NCBI RefSeq assembly: GCF_009914755.1
Contig: NC_060927.1
DNA length: 64,000 bases
From: the human T2T-CHM13v2.0 reference genome, Homo sapiens
Reading direction: 5' to 3' (one strand)
Within the stretch, counting starts at the first letter, position 1, and every line of letters starts with the position of its first letter. The notes under the pieces were generated by a model. It did no database searches. It was not told where the DNA came from and saw nothing but the letters and a program-made list of their open reading frames with translations. This document shows, in pieces, positions 12,253 to 26,042 of this stretch. The position numbers and the translations under genes were made by a program.

Positions 12253-12884
12253 CCATGTTTCTGCTATAGTTTAGGTGTTTGTTCCCACAAATCTCATGTT
12301 GAAATTTGATCCCAAGTTAGAGGTAGGGCCTAATGGGAGGCATTTGGGTCATAGGGATGGACCCCTCATGAATAGATTAATGTCCTCCCTGTGGGGGATG
12401 GGGGGCGAGTGACATTTCCCTCTGTAGTTCCATGAAAGCTTGTTGTTAGAATGAGCGTAGTAGTGCCTCTGTCTCTCTAGCTTTCTCTCTAACCAAGTGA
12501 TTTCTGTACAGCCAGCTCCCTTCACCTTTCACCATGAGTGGAAGCAGCCTGAGGCCCTTGCCAGAAGCAGATGCTGCTGTCATACTTCTTGTGCAGCCTG
12601 TAGAACCATGAGCCAAATAAACCTCTTTTCTTTGTAAATTACTCAGGCTTAGGTATTTGTTTATAGCCACACAAATGGACTAAGACAGCTTCTCTACCAG
12701 GGGTGATTTTGTCCACCAGAGAACATTGGCAAAATCCAGAGAAAATTTTGGTTGTCGCAACTGAGGGTGGGAGTGCTGTTGTCCAGTGAGTAGAGACCAG
12801 GGATGCTACTAAGCATCCTACAGTATTCACCACAAAAAAATTATCCAGCCCAAATGTCATTAGTGCTAAAGTTAAAAAACCATG
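12253..12884 (+). mobile_element. MER20 hAT-Charlie element (12253-12261 and 12688-12884), split by MST LTR
   Basis: GGGGTGATTTTGTCC...TTGGTTGTCGCAACTG...GTAGAGACCAGGGATGCTACTAAGCATCCTACA...CCCAAATGTCATTAGTGC; 8-bp TSD GTCTAGAG (12245-12252)/GTCTAGAT (12885-12892). Confidence 0.88.
12262..12687 (+). mobile_element. MaLR solo LTR, MST family (MSTB-like)
   Basis: TGCTATAGTTT...CTCATGTTGAAATTTGATCCC...GCCAAATAAACCTC...GGACTAAGACA; 5-bp TSD GTTTC/GCTTC. Confidence 0.92.
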
Positions 12885-14134
12885 GTCTAGATATATAATA
12901 TAATTTACTCTGCAAAGAGTCCCTATTCATAATGATACTTATATTTTATACTACTTAATAGAGGGAGGTGGAATTCGCAGCATATCCACATGAATCCTCT
13001 CCAAAGAAATATTCTCTACCATTTCAACCTCATTCTTGGCATCTCTGACTCCATCGGTAAGATAAAATGGGTGGTCTGCTAAGAATCTCAAAGTTGGTTG
13101 TCATGTAACTTCTCTGCAGTCCTGCTTTGGCAATCTAACGCCATGGCATAGGAATGTGGGTGTATCTGACACATTAATGCTTTGATGCTTTGTACTTTTC
13201 CAGATGGCTACAAAGTAATGTGTGGCCCATTTCTAGAAGTGTTCAAGAGACCACAAAAGCATCTGTCAAGGAAGAAAGTGAAGGGAGTTCTTTATGGCCT
13301 ATTGAGTTTTCTCCAAACACTTGGAGTATCTGATTGCTTTCACAATAAGTCTGTGAAACAAAATGTGCATGAGCCAATGTGTTGGAAAATCAGTGGTCAT
13401 AGGCACTGTATTTTTACTGGGACTGTAGTGTTGGTTGACTCTTACCAGAGGAATAAAGACTCTCTTCCTCAGCCCTGCTCCTACAGCATAAGATGCTCCT
13501 CTAGTGGAGGAAGACGTTCAGGCTCTTGGGTCTAAAAAGCAGCAGCACTGTGCACAAATGAGCATGTTCAAGCCTTGGCAGGATTCAAAGAAGGGTTTTC
13601 TGCTAACCTTGCCTCCCTGACTGAGCAACATCTTACAGGTATTAAATTACGAATGCTTTGAGAAATTGCTTTGAAAACAGCCCTGCAGAAATCCAAAGTA
13701 AAGCTGGTATTCCTCAAAGTGTGGCATAAACATGAAGGAAACACTATCCCAAATGCATCCACAGGCCTTCAGAGCATGGGCTAATAGAATGAGAGCTTTC
13801 TGGCAGTTAGAAATCAGAAGAGTTTAGGAGAAGGGAGGAGCCTGTGGCTTAATTTTAGCCCTATGGTGCTTTCCTCTATTTTACTGGAAAAGAGTTGAGG
13901 TTGACGTGTGTTTTGTGTAGTTTGTGTGGAATTCAACAAAGAAGGGGGAAAAAGCAGCACTTTAATGGGTTTCTTACATGAAGAAATAAATTCTACTTTC
14001 TCTGTTTATGGAGTGGGCAACCTGTTAACACACTGCTGGCTGAATTACCTTTGACTTAAAACATCTGTAAGCAATAAATTCAAGTTTCATCAGGTAACTC
14101 ATAGGGAAGGCACTTTTCCCTGCTCTTCATTTCC

Positions 14135-14295
14135 ACCGGTTTTGAATGTGCATCATAATCACCTGGAGGGTTTATTAAAAACACAGATTGCTGCATTTCT
14201 GATTTAGTAGGTCTGGAGTATGGCCTTGGAATCTGCATTTCAGGTAAGTTCCCAGATGATGCTGATGCTGCTGGTCTAGGATCTCTCTTTGAACC
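14135..14295. mobile_element. MER5A-like element
   Basis: AATCACCTGGAGGGTTTATTAAAAACACAGATTGCTG...GAATCTGCATTTC...AAGTTCCCAGATGATGCTGATGCTGCTGGTC. Confidence 0.8.
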
Positions 14296-14539
14296 TAAAC
14301 AATATGATCAGATTTACTTTAAACCAGAGATTATTCATGGCACGTCTGAAGTCTGGGAATCACTGCTGAATGTGGAAAGTGCATGGCCAGGTTCCTGTCT
14401 CCTTGAGATCTGGCTACCTCCTTGTATAACTGCCACACTCTGTATGGACCACTGTTGCCGTTACAGCCCAAAGGCTTCTTTCTCTTGAAAAACTTTCAGA
14501 CATAAGTCAGATGAAAGGATCTCAATCTATGTAGGCCCT

Positions 14540-14915
14540 GCTTTCCTGTGTGTTTATTTATTACCTTATTCTCCATAGACCCTCCTCAAGTAATGGCAAG
14601 GATGGCCATCAGCAGCTCCAGACTTACCTTCTGCCAGATTTGCAGACTGAATGAAGAGATACTTTTTCCCAAGCAGAGTTCTCATTGGCTGACTTGGGTT
14701 ACATGTCAACTCCCGAACCAATCACTAAGATAAAAGGGATTTGGTATTTTCATTGGCCAGGCTTGTTAACATGCTCAGCTCTGGAGCCAGAGGTAGGGTT
14801 ACCCCCACACAAGCTGCATGGTAGACAATAGGAAAGGTGTGGTTCTCCAAAAGCGGGAGATGGGTTATGTTATCAGGAGAAAGAACTAGGCAAAGAGAAA
14901 CTACATATGTCCACG
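14540..14915 (-). mobile_element. Old MaLR LTR (MLT1K-like)
   Basis: ATGGCAAGGATGGCCATCAGCAGCTCCAGAC...CTCATTGGCTGACTTGGGTTACATG...GAACCAATCAC...CATTGGCCAGGC. Confidence 0.65.
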
Positions 14916-16382
14916 ACAATGTACTGGAAGCAAAGACAGATCAACTCATTTTCTTGGCAAGCAAAATGTTCACAGAGAAAATCCAGCCTCCTCTTGGTAC
15001 CAGTGAATGAAACAAATGACCAAAGAGCTTACGAAACTAGCCGAGGTTTACATAATTCTAACATAATAAGTTAGAGGAATAATGGTCCCACTTTTGTTTT
15101 TGTTGGTTTGTTAGATTTTCATGCTCTCTAACTGTTCTAGGGCCTTCACTATTGGGGATCTGCCTGAGCCTGTCCTGGTGAGCCAAGAGTCAAAATTCAA
15201 AACCAGTTTGTTTTACCTCTCTTCAGTTCCTGCTGATAGGATTGTAGCAAGTTTGGATAGCACATTAAGGTAAATAGATACACTAGAAAGTTAATTACTC
15301 TGTTGCGGGGGCAAAATATTTGCATATACATCCTTGGATGTTCTCCTTCTCCAAAAAGCTAGAAACTACAAATAATAAATACAACAATGAATATTTCAGA
15401 TGCTGTTGGCAGAAGATGCCACTTCGAAACAGAAAGTACGTTCAATCAGATCATATATTCATCCTCTGCATAGCATCTACTCTAGAAGAAGATGTACCAT
15501 TTTGAGTAAGAGGAGGTAATACAGAAAAACATTCGTGAAGCATTATCAGGTGAATATAGTAGTTTATAAAACAACATATATTACATGACCTTATTAATGC
15601 CAAAAATTATGAGTATAAACACAAAAAAGATGTTTAGAAACCTATTAAAAATGTTAATAGTATTTGTATTTGAGCATTGGGATTATGAGTTTTTTTCTTT
15701 ATACTCTTATAAAGGAAACCTTATAATATGCACAAACTGCTAGTAAAATGTATGCATGCATGTCCTCAATTTTAAGAAACTATTGATTATAAGAGCACTG
15801 TAGAAATATCAGCTTCTTAGTTTTAAAAAATTACTATTATTTTATTACCTTTTAAAATTTTTAACCAATTGTCTGACTTATTCTTGGAGGGAAATAATAA
15901 AAACTTAGGTTTTTTTTTTTCAACCAAAGGGAGAGGTAATAATATGAGATCACACCTTGGTTACAAGTTAATGATCATATTCTACACAATGTAGATATGT
16001 CAGCATTTTAAAATGTCCACATTAAAATAGACATCTGCCATTAAAAATAAACATAAAGCACTTGCCAAGGTTGTAAATTCACAGACATTGAAATAAATAA
16101 CTAAAACTGAGTATTTTTAAAACCGTGAGGTTTCTTGACAATGTTCATAGACCAACCCAAAAGCCACATAAAAATAATGCAGGAATAAAAAGAGAAAATG
16201 ACATCAGCTAATTTTTACTTGACTTCATCATAACATGTCTGTTGGGTATTGCACATGGATACTACAAAGACTAATGACAACTCGCTTTTGGCAGCCAAGG
16301 TCATCAACAAAGAATCTTAAAGTTAACATTCATGTGTTTCAAAAAGAGTACTGCATGTACAAACACCAAAAATGTCTAAGTC

Positions 16383-16860
16383 TGATGGTGGGTGCCACGG
16401 TTCGGTTCCCAAAAGCAGACTAGAGACATATCTATTAACTGCAAGTGAATGAGAAAGTGAGAGCAAGTGAATGAGGAAGTGAAAGAGGAAAGGAAAAGTT
16501 GTCCGTAAAGGGTGATTATTGAGCCACCTTGCACAAGAACGAAGGGAAATTAACTCCATGGAGAAACTTTTGGAGAGCGGAGGAAAACAAATACTTTGGA
16601 ATTATCCCATTCAAGGGGTGAGGGAACTTGGGTATTCGTGCATATATTCCAGAGAGCGAATGGTTGAGAACTGCTCCCGAGGATCATTAATTACCTGGAT
16701 CTCTGGCCTGTGACTCATGCTTCTAGGAAGAGAAAACTTCCGTGACTCTGAGAAAATAAGTCCTCATGCACAAAGATGCAGACTCAGGCTGATGGATGTC
16801 AGCATGAGGGCACTGACAGGTCCAAGGGAAATAGATGGAGTAATGGCAGCGTCTGCTGCA
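16383..16860 (-). mobile_element. ERVL LTR, LTR16 family
   Basis: GGTTCCCAAAAGCAGAC...TAAAGGGTGATTATTGAGCC...TTATCCCATTCAAGGGGTGAGGGAACTTGGGTATT...TGGTTGAGAACTGCTCC resembles recalled LTR16. Confidence 0.6.
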
Positions 16861-17000
16861 ATGGGTCCATAAGGAATATAGTACATTTCCTTCTTATCAT
16901 TTACAAACATTTCTTACAGAATGCATATCCATTTTCCTTAATCCAAATGGTCATATAATTACTTGTTTTCTGTGTTACAGTTAGTATTATTGCCTGGTAG

Positions 17001-17390
<390 letters not shown>

Positions 17391-18400
17391 TTATTTGATA
17401 TTTTCAAAAGTAGTTTTCTGATTCTTCTACAGAAGCTTTGCTGCCATGCAATTAATTCACAGAATGACTTTTCTTCTTTGAAACTGCCAAGTTGAGGTGA
17501 GTGTCAAAACCTACATTATTAGGCAGCAGGTACTTTGAACCTGTAGTCTATGTGGTCTCGTATCTTCACTAAGTCACAGTATCTGAGCATGTATGTGCAG
17601 ATGCAATGGCCATATACGATATAAGATTCATCAGAATTGAAGACCCAACAGATGACAAAACTGGGATTAACAACCCTCTAAAATAAGAAATAACTACCCT
17701 CTTAGGACAGAGGAAAACAATCTGGCTCAGTTACAAACACGTTGGCCATTTAATGCAGAGAAGACAAAAGCAAACTTTTTTCTTTTTTTTTTTTAAAAAG
17801 TTATTTGAGTCATCATCACTACCTTTCAACTGCTCAAACCCAGAATCCCTTCACCATCAAAAGAATTCACTATTATTATATATACACACAGTCATCAGGA
17901 TTTCAGAAATGCTAAAATATAGGAAAAAGTCTGCATCTTTGAATAAAGAAGGAAAATAACCTATGCAGAGAGAGAATTTTTTTAAGCAGTGTACAATAGA
18001 AATCTCTTGGGAGATAAATATCTTCATCTGAGAAAATGCTTTAATAAACCAAAGAGAAACAGGACACTCCTTGCTGGGTATCAGTGTGGCCAAGTAACAA
18101 AACTACAAGGTAGAATGGGATGGAGTTGCTCTACATAATAGAAGATACAGTTTGAACCCCTGGACAATGCAGAAGAGAAGGATTAAGAAGCAAGGCTAAG
18201 AGGAACAGAAGAGGAGTCAAACCAATGAAGCTAGGTGGTGGCTGTGTGTGGACAGTAAAATTCTACTGTGAAAGGGTAATACCTACTTGTTTGTTGAGAA
18301 GGTGTTTTCGTTTCTAAAAAGTAAATTCTTACTTTTGTGTCCTAAACGATGTTCTCCTCAGTTCAGGAAATTCCATGATTCTCATTATTAGTTTGACATG

Positions 18401-18426
18401 TTTTTTTTTTTTTTTTTTTTTTTTTT
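18401..18426. repeat. Isolated T26 homopolymer
   Basis: Directly visible; no adjacent Alu/L1 body recognised. Confidence 0.95.
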
Positions 18427-19734
18427 GCTGGAAATGGAAAGAAAATAAATGAACTGGGATTCAAGCCAAGATGGATGTAGGGAAGGATAGAGATAGCACC
18501 TGAGGTTTACAGACCTGGGAAGCTGCAGTGGCTCTGAAACTATAAGCTCCACCCAGAGATGGCAGTGAGGATGCAGTACCTCCATACCCAGAGAATTGAA
18601 GGGGGACTGACCCACTTGTATCTATGTACTAAAGGCTTAAGTGACCTTCAACTGAAATTTGACATATATTTATGTAAGTGTGTGTGCTGCTTACCAGTCA
18701 TCTTACAACTTCAGAGAAAACCTTATTTTTTTCTTTAGGAAACTTCTTATAAAAACACATACCATATATTGATGGCATTTAAAACATAAGTACACATTTT
18801 ACATATTCCTATACAGTGGGGTTGCATTTTTGCCACTTTTCTTGAATTGCCCTGCAGCCATAATAATTGGTTTTTATTATTTACTATGAGTCAAACCAGT
18901 TTGTCAATCAATAGCCCTGAGAAAATGCTAAATGAGAGGAGGAAGAAAGGAGATGGCAAGTGGCCTGTTTTAATTTTTGAAATTATTATTGCTTATGTTT
19001 TACAAAATAACTAGATTTTTGTAAAGTATAAAGATGTCACAACCCTATCAGCATGAAGAATGTAGAGAAAAACCTAAATGTCAATGATCATGAAAATATT
19101 GTATTTCTTACAGGTGATGTTTATGTTTCATTTTTTGGTAAAAATATGAGTATTGTGATGATACATTTAATAGCTCACATATGAAACCCCGTGGCATGTA
19201 GATATTAAATATCATTGCTTATTGAACTATTAATAATTTAGTAGGTTTTTACAATTAACTGGATTATCTATGATAAAGATATAATGAGAAGAGTGAATTA
19301 TTGGTATGTATTTTATGGTATAGCTTATATTAATTAATTAACTGCATGCTTATTTGATTTTTATAAAAGTATACTGCCTATAAATAAGTACTGAAACATT
19401 TCTGTCATAATGTGTGCCACATTTTTAACTGTAGTTAGCTTAGGGTGATGAACTTATGGATGGTAATTCTCTCTCTTCTTATTTTCCTAATTTGTTCCAA
19501 TTTACTATAGCAGAAAAATGTCTTCTTGAGTTTTAACTTGGTTGTGTTTATTTTATTTAAATGCAGTGTATAGGAAAATAATCTGGTACAAGGTGTAGAA
19601 GAATTATAAGAGCTGGAGTCTAATCAGTGCTCAGCAATTTATCAGTAAGTCATCTAAACTTTCTACACTGGAGTTTAATCATCTTTAAAATGGAAGAATG
19701 ACCTTTCTTTTTTGAAGTTCAAAGAGTATGCTTT

Positions 19735-20526
19735 GTTTTTGTTCCATTCATTTGTACGTATTTATGGCGCACATGTGCAATTTTGTTACATGCATAGATT
19801 GTGTAATGGTCAAGTCAGGGCTTTTAGGGTATCCACCATCTGAATAATATACATTGCACTCGATGTTCAATTTCTCATTATCTGCCCCCCACCCTCAACC
19901 CTCCCAGTCTCCATTATCTATCATTCCACTCTCTATGTCCATGTGAAACGCTTTTTAGCATCCACTTATGAGTGAGAACATGTGATATTTATCTTTCTGT
20001 GCCTGGTTTATTTCACTTAAGATAGTGATCTCCAGTTTCATCCATGTTGTTGTAAAATGCATGATTTCATTTTTTAAATGGCTGAGTAGTACTCAATTGT
20101 GTATATATACTATGCTTTTTTTATCCAAACATCCATTGATGGATACTTAGGTTGATTCCATAATTTTGCTGTCATAAACAGTGCTGCAATAAACATATGA
20201 CTGCAACTATATTTTTGATGTATTGATTGCTTTTACATTGGGTAGATACACAGTAGTGTGGTTGCTGGATTGAATGGTAGTTCCATTTTTAGTTCTTTGA
20301 GGATTCTTTTTACTGATTTCCATAGAGAGAGGCTGTATTAATTTACATTCCTACCAACAGTGTGTAGGAGTTCTATTTTCTCTGAATCCTTGCCAACATC
20401 TGTTATTTTTTGCCTTTTTAACAACAGCCATTCTGACTAGGGTAAGATGGCATCTCATGGTGGTTTTGATTTGCATTTCTCTAATGATTAGTGATCTTGC
20501 ACATTTTTTCATATACCTGTTGGCCA
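19735..20526 (-). mobile_element. L1 3' end (L1MA1-3-like)
   Basis: TTTGTTACATGCATAGATTGTGTAATGGTCAAGTCAGGG...ATGAGTGAGAACATGTG...TTTTGATTTGCATTTCTCTAATGATTAGTGAT. Confidence 0.9.
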
Positions 20527-20978
20527 GAGAATAATCTTTTTATCTCCTTATGAAAGAGGGGACCATGTGTCTCTATTTTTTTCTGTCTCTTATAAGGCTG
20601 TTGCCTATCACAGAGGCAAGCTTGTGCTTAATAAATGCTTGGTGTTTAATACTTAATAAAAATGATAATTATAATAATATCAATAATATATATTTAGTAT
20701 TAAAATGATAAAAATAAACATGCTTGTGTTTAATAAATATTTGCTGGCTGATTCAAGGAATGAGGCATGCATGAATGTTTTGAACTACTCAGCAAGAACT
20801 CAAGCTAAGGGATAATTATTATACAGCCATGATTAAATAGCTCCAATAATCAAACTGCCAGAAAAATCCCTAAATGGTCACACTCTGTTGCCAAGAAAGG
20901 GTTAATCAGCTATGTCCTGTTAGGCGAATTACACCACCCAGAAGTAATTGCTATGAAGATTTTGATGTTTTTCTGTAG

Positions 20979-20979
<1 letters not shown>

Positions 20980-21019
<40 letters not shown>

Positions 21020-21042
21020 AGAGAGAGAGAGAGAGAGAGAGA
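20980..21042. repeat. Compound (GT)n(GA)n microsatellite
   Basis: Directly visible, 45 bp upstream of the MER41A 5' LTR. Confidence 0.97.
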
Positions 21043-21086
21043 CAGGGAGGGACAGAGACAAAGAAGGAGATATATTTGTGTATGTT

Positions 21087-21629
21087 TTTCAGAGGCGTGT
21101 GAACCAGAGCAACTCCATCTTAAATAATAGCTAGGTAAAATGAGGCAGAAACCTACTGGGCTGCATTCCCAGATGGTCAAGGCATTCTAAATCACAGGAT
21201 GAGACAGGAGGTCAGCACAAAATACAGGTCCTAAAGACCTTGCTGATAAAACAGGTTGCAGTAAAGGAGCCAGCCAAATTCCACCAAAACCAACATGGTG
21301 ACGAGAGATACCTCCAGTCGTCCTCACTGCTACACTCCCACCGGCACCATCACAGTTTACAAATGCCATGGCAATGTCAGGAAGGTACCCTATGTGGTCT
21401 CAAAAGGGGAGGCATAGATACTATACCCCTTGTTTAGCATATCATCAAGAAGTAACCATAAAAATGGTTGAGGAGCCACCCTCAGGGCAGCTCTGTCCAT
21501 GGAGTGGCCATTCTTTTATTCTTTTACTTTCTTAATAAACTTTGCACCATGGACTCACCCTGAACTCTTTCTTGCATGAGATACAAGAACCTCTCTTGGG
21601 GTCTTGATCGGGTCCCCTTTCCTGAAACA
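21087..21629 (+). mobile_element. MER41A 5' LTR
   Basis: TCAGAGGCGTGTGAACCAGAGCAACTCCATCTTAAATA...CTTAATAAAC...CCCCTTTCCTGAAACA. Confidence 0.93.
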
Positions 21630-21635
21630 TATTTC

Positions 21636-21655
21636 TGGCAACCACAGAAGGGACT
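21636..21655 (+). other. Retroviral primer-binding site, tRNA-Arg-like
   Basis: TGGCAACCACAGAAGGGACT immediately after the LTR; resembles the complement of tRNA-Arg(TCG) 3' end (TGGCGACCACGAAGGGAC, recalled). Confidence 0.6.
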
Positions 21656-24600
21656 ATAGTGCAGAAACCCTAATGCGGCAGCTACCTTTGGGAAAGTAGT
21701 GAGGTCCAGTAACATCTTTCTTGTGAACCACAAAAGGGACAATACTGAGGAGACCCCTTGACCCAAAGGAAATAGACTGCAGCACTTATTAGAGGACTTT
21801 GGGTAAATGGTGGGGTACTTGGGCAAAGAATGGAATTGGGTTAGAGGCCCAGCTTAGGGGAGTTAGAGTCTCTTCCAAGAACGAGTGGGTTAGAGGCCCC
21901 TCTTAATAAAAGGCAAGGATGCTTGACTGACCTTGGGTTAGACACCCAAATTAGGAGGGTTAGAATCCCTTCTAAGATTTAGGGAGTTAGAGGCCCCTCT
22001 CAGTAAAGTCCCTCTCAGCTAAGAACAGGTTTGGTACTATGAGATGTAAACTGCTATACTCTTTGGATTAATCTGCCTTGAACTCTTTGCTGATGGCTGT
22101 GGGTGACAGGGTTAGGCATGTGCAAGATCGTGGGACATGGGGAGCCTTTTCCTCCTTCAAAAGGAGAAACTTGAGAGCTGATGGGACTGCTGGAAAAAAT
22201 TCCCTTCACAACAGCAGTTGCAGCCGCCTGAACTTTTCAGTATCGCTGCAATGGGTAGGTCTTTCTCTGGCCTCCCTGAGCATTTCGCCTTCCCCACCCT
22301 GCCACAGACAATGCTTTTCTCTCTCCCCTTTCCCTTTCTTAGCTTTTCTGTTACTCAGGGCAACCATCTTGCCCAGAGACCACGTGTTGAAAGTCCTGGA
22401 CTGAGGCTGGATTAAAGATGACGGGGGCCATCTGGGGGCAAATTTAGGCCTTGCCAATTTGGTATTAAGTGCTAAGCAGAGTGGCTAATGTGTATGTTTT
22501 GTCACACATACTTTGCTCTGGCCAGAACAAAAAAAAACATAATTTTCCTTTATGATGAAGCTTGCCCCCAGGGCGATGGTGCCACAAGCTGGATCACTAG
22601 AGCTGCTCAAGGAAAGGGAACTCAGAAGCCTGGCATGCTGGCAAAAGGGTAAAAATTTCTTACCAGTCAGATTTCTGGTTTCTCTCTCTGTGCAAACAGT
22701 TGAATGAGAGGAAAAAAAAAAAGAAAATCAGTGTATATCTCTTCTGTAAAGTCTTAATTAATGCAAAAAAGAATTCTAAGGCTAGTCTTAAGCTGGTGTA
22801 TTTTGCACTATGAATTCATTTTTCTGTGTTGAGGGGTACTTCAGGATAAAACACGGGCTTAGAACACCTTTAAGCCCACTTTTCAAGACAACCCAGCAAG
22901 CTGGTCAGTAACAACCTTGGCTGCAGGTCCCTGAAACAAACCAAAAAACTGCATGATGTCTCCACCTTGTTTTATGTCCTTGGGGGCTTGACCTTGTAAC
23001 CATGTGGCAGTACTTTCTCTTGGTCTCCACCTTCCAGGGAACAGAAATTTTTGGGTTCATGTCATAGTTAGCTCTAAAAATCATATTAAATAGTTAAAAG
23101 CCTTTCCAAGCTCAAAATTAACTACTCTAGACTCCTTCCGGGAAAGGAAATGGAAGCTGCACCATGCTGCAGCTCAGTAGCTAATGTTTTGCATTTTCAC
23201 AGTGGTGGTCCAGGTTCAATTCCCCACCTAAGAAGTAAATCATTTCTGGTTTACTTATCTGCGTGATCTTGTCTATGTTCTTCTCCTCCATGGACTGCCT
23301 TAAATTTTCCTTTCTCTAAGCACCTGGGAGGTTACCTTTGGTAAAGTTCAAAAGCCAGAAATATTGGCCGTTTGACGTAAGAAATTCTAAAAGGATGTTA
23401 TTAAAGAGTGCTATGGTTAGAATCAGTTTAATTAGAAGTGGATATTCAAGCTCTAACAGCCTGGACTCCTTGGGAAAAACAAGAGGCACCAGAAAACCCT
23501 TTCCTGGCCCTGTTCTTCCAAGGGCTCCAACCTAAAGCTAGTAATCCAATTAAGAAACTTAAAAACTGGCAAACGAAAAATCTTACAACCACTGTAGTAA
23601 TCATATTTTGTCTTTCTGTGTAGCTATATATGTGTTATGTGTAATGTTTACATAAAAGAACTCTAATTAATTGGCTGAAACAAAAATAAATGCTTAAATC
23701 AAATATTTTAAAAGCAAAATAAAAGCTGTAATGTCTTTTAGTTCATGTAATTTTAGTAATCTTTGGGAAATAAAAACAGCTTTACAAATTATTGATAAAA
23801 TAAAAACATTTAGTCTAAATTATGTGGGTCAGATATTAAGTTTGCTAAATGCTTTAAGGTCATAAAATGCTTCTTTAACTTTTAAAAATTGTTCATTTTA
23901 CCTACCTTAAAACCATTAGATTCTAGATAAGGCCTGGGGACATGTGGAATTAGCCATGCCCCCTAGCTATACAAAGAAGATTATAAAGAAAGATTTTATG
24001 TAAGAAAGGATCTTGCATGGTCAATTCTTGCCCTAAAGTAAAATGACTGGTTGTTTAAAAGGAGGGATGTTTAGGGCAAGTCAGAAAGTCCAAGAATGTC
24101 TCAGATGGTCTGTGTAAGTCATGAAAGGATTTGTGAAAGGGGATTTATGTAAGAAATGTACAATTCAAAGGTTGTCAGGCCTCCTGAATACTTCCTAAAA
24201 TGCCACTATGACTCTTACTGTACAACTTGCATGCTTAAGTAAGGTAAGTTCTGGGGACATGTGGAGTTAGCCACACCCCCTAGCTATGCTGGAGAGTCAG
24301 CCCTTACCTGCACTTCTGCATGGTGTGTCCTTGGCTAGGCTCCACACCTAGTACATAATTAAAATTGCTTACTAACCAGGGTTTTCACCAAAGTAACTTT
24401 CGCTAAAAGTTAACATTGTAACATGTAATTGAGACTATAAAAAAAACAGTTTCACATGTAATGTGTGTGTAAGGAAAGTAGAATGTACTTTTGGTAAATA
24501 TTATAAGAAGGCATGGGAATATGTTTTTTTTTTCCTAAAGGGTTAAATAATGTTTTAAGTTAGATAGAATGGAGCTAAAGGCTTGCACAGTTATGGAAGG

Positions 24601-25618
24601 TTTGTAAAAAAATAATTGTAAAAGATTCTGTGTGTGGACATTGGCTAAATTAAAGGGGTATTTTTCAGTATTTCTATAAATTAAACACTGGAATAAAAGC
24701 ACAACAGGTTTTTCTTAGAGCAAAAACCTGCTTATGAAATGCTCTTTAACAAAAATTTGTAAAGGGTTATAAAATGTTTATAAGAATCTTATCTTATGGT
24801 TAAACATTAAAACTGGGTAAATATGTCTATAACATTTTCTTAAAACTTGGGTTTAACATTAATGCTACATTAATGTAAAGGTAAAATTTGGCTTGTTTGG
24901 TACAAAAATCATACAGGAGGCATTGTCAAATATAAAAGGGGGGTTTAGTTTTCTTTGGGCTGTATTTGCATAAATGTGTTATTAGTACATATTCTAAAAT
25001 TATGAGAAACTTCTATAATTTTGATAGATTTAGTGTACATTATCAGGAACAATTATAATTGTTACATAAAATTATTGTCTGCCATGGAGGTAACAAATTT
25101 CTTTGTCAATTGTTTCTTTGACTGTGGCTGCCCTAAAACATTTTGTCATCCACAGACAACTGTTGTCTTGTGTTAATCTTCTTTAGAAGGTGGTTTATAA
25201 TCAACTATAGAATGCTAGAAGGTCTTCTTAAATGCAGGTTTCTAATAACTTTGGAAATTGTAACATTAGAATAGAGAAAATAACTTTCAGAACTCTCATG
25301 AAGAGTTGGAATGTACATGAATATCAAATGGAATAGGAGTTAACTGAATTAACTGAACCAATAGAAAACTTAAGTAATCTTTTGAACTTTGCTTAAAACG
25401 CTGCTGATGCTTAGTTTTGTGTTTCAGAGTCAAGGATACTATCATTTTGAGCTATTCATAGCTTGTAGGAATTGAGTAAAGTATATTGCTGTGAACAAAA
25501 TTTGGAACATATTTGTTTTTCTCTACCTAATTTTTCCAAAATTTAGGAAACTAGTTGTGAGTTTTCTTAACTTATGGCAATATAGTTATTTGCATAAGTG
25601 CAATAAGAATCTGCTCTT

Positions 25619-26042
<424 letters not shown>

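Noticed and set aside
13493-13510. CTCF-like CCACTAGAGGAGC on minus strand
   Set aside because: One base short of the core spacing; weak match
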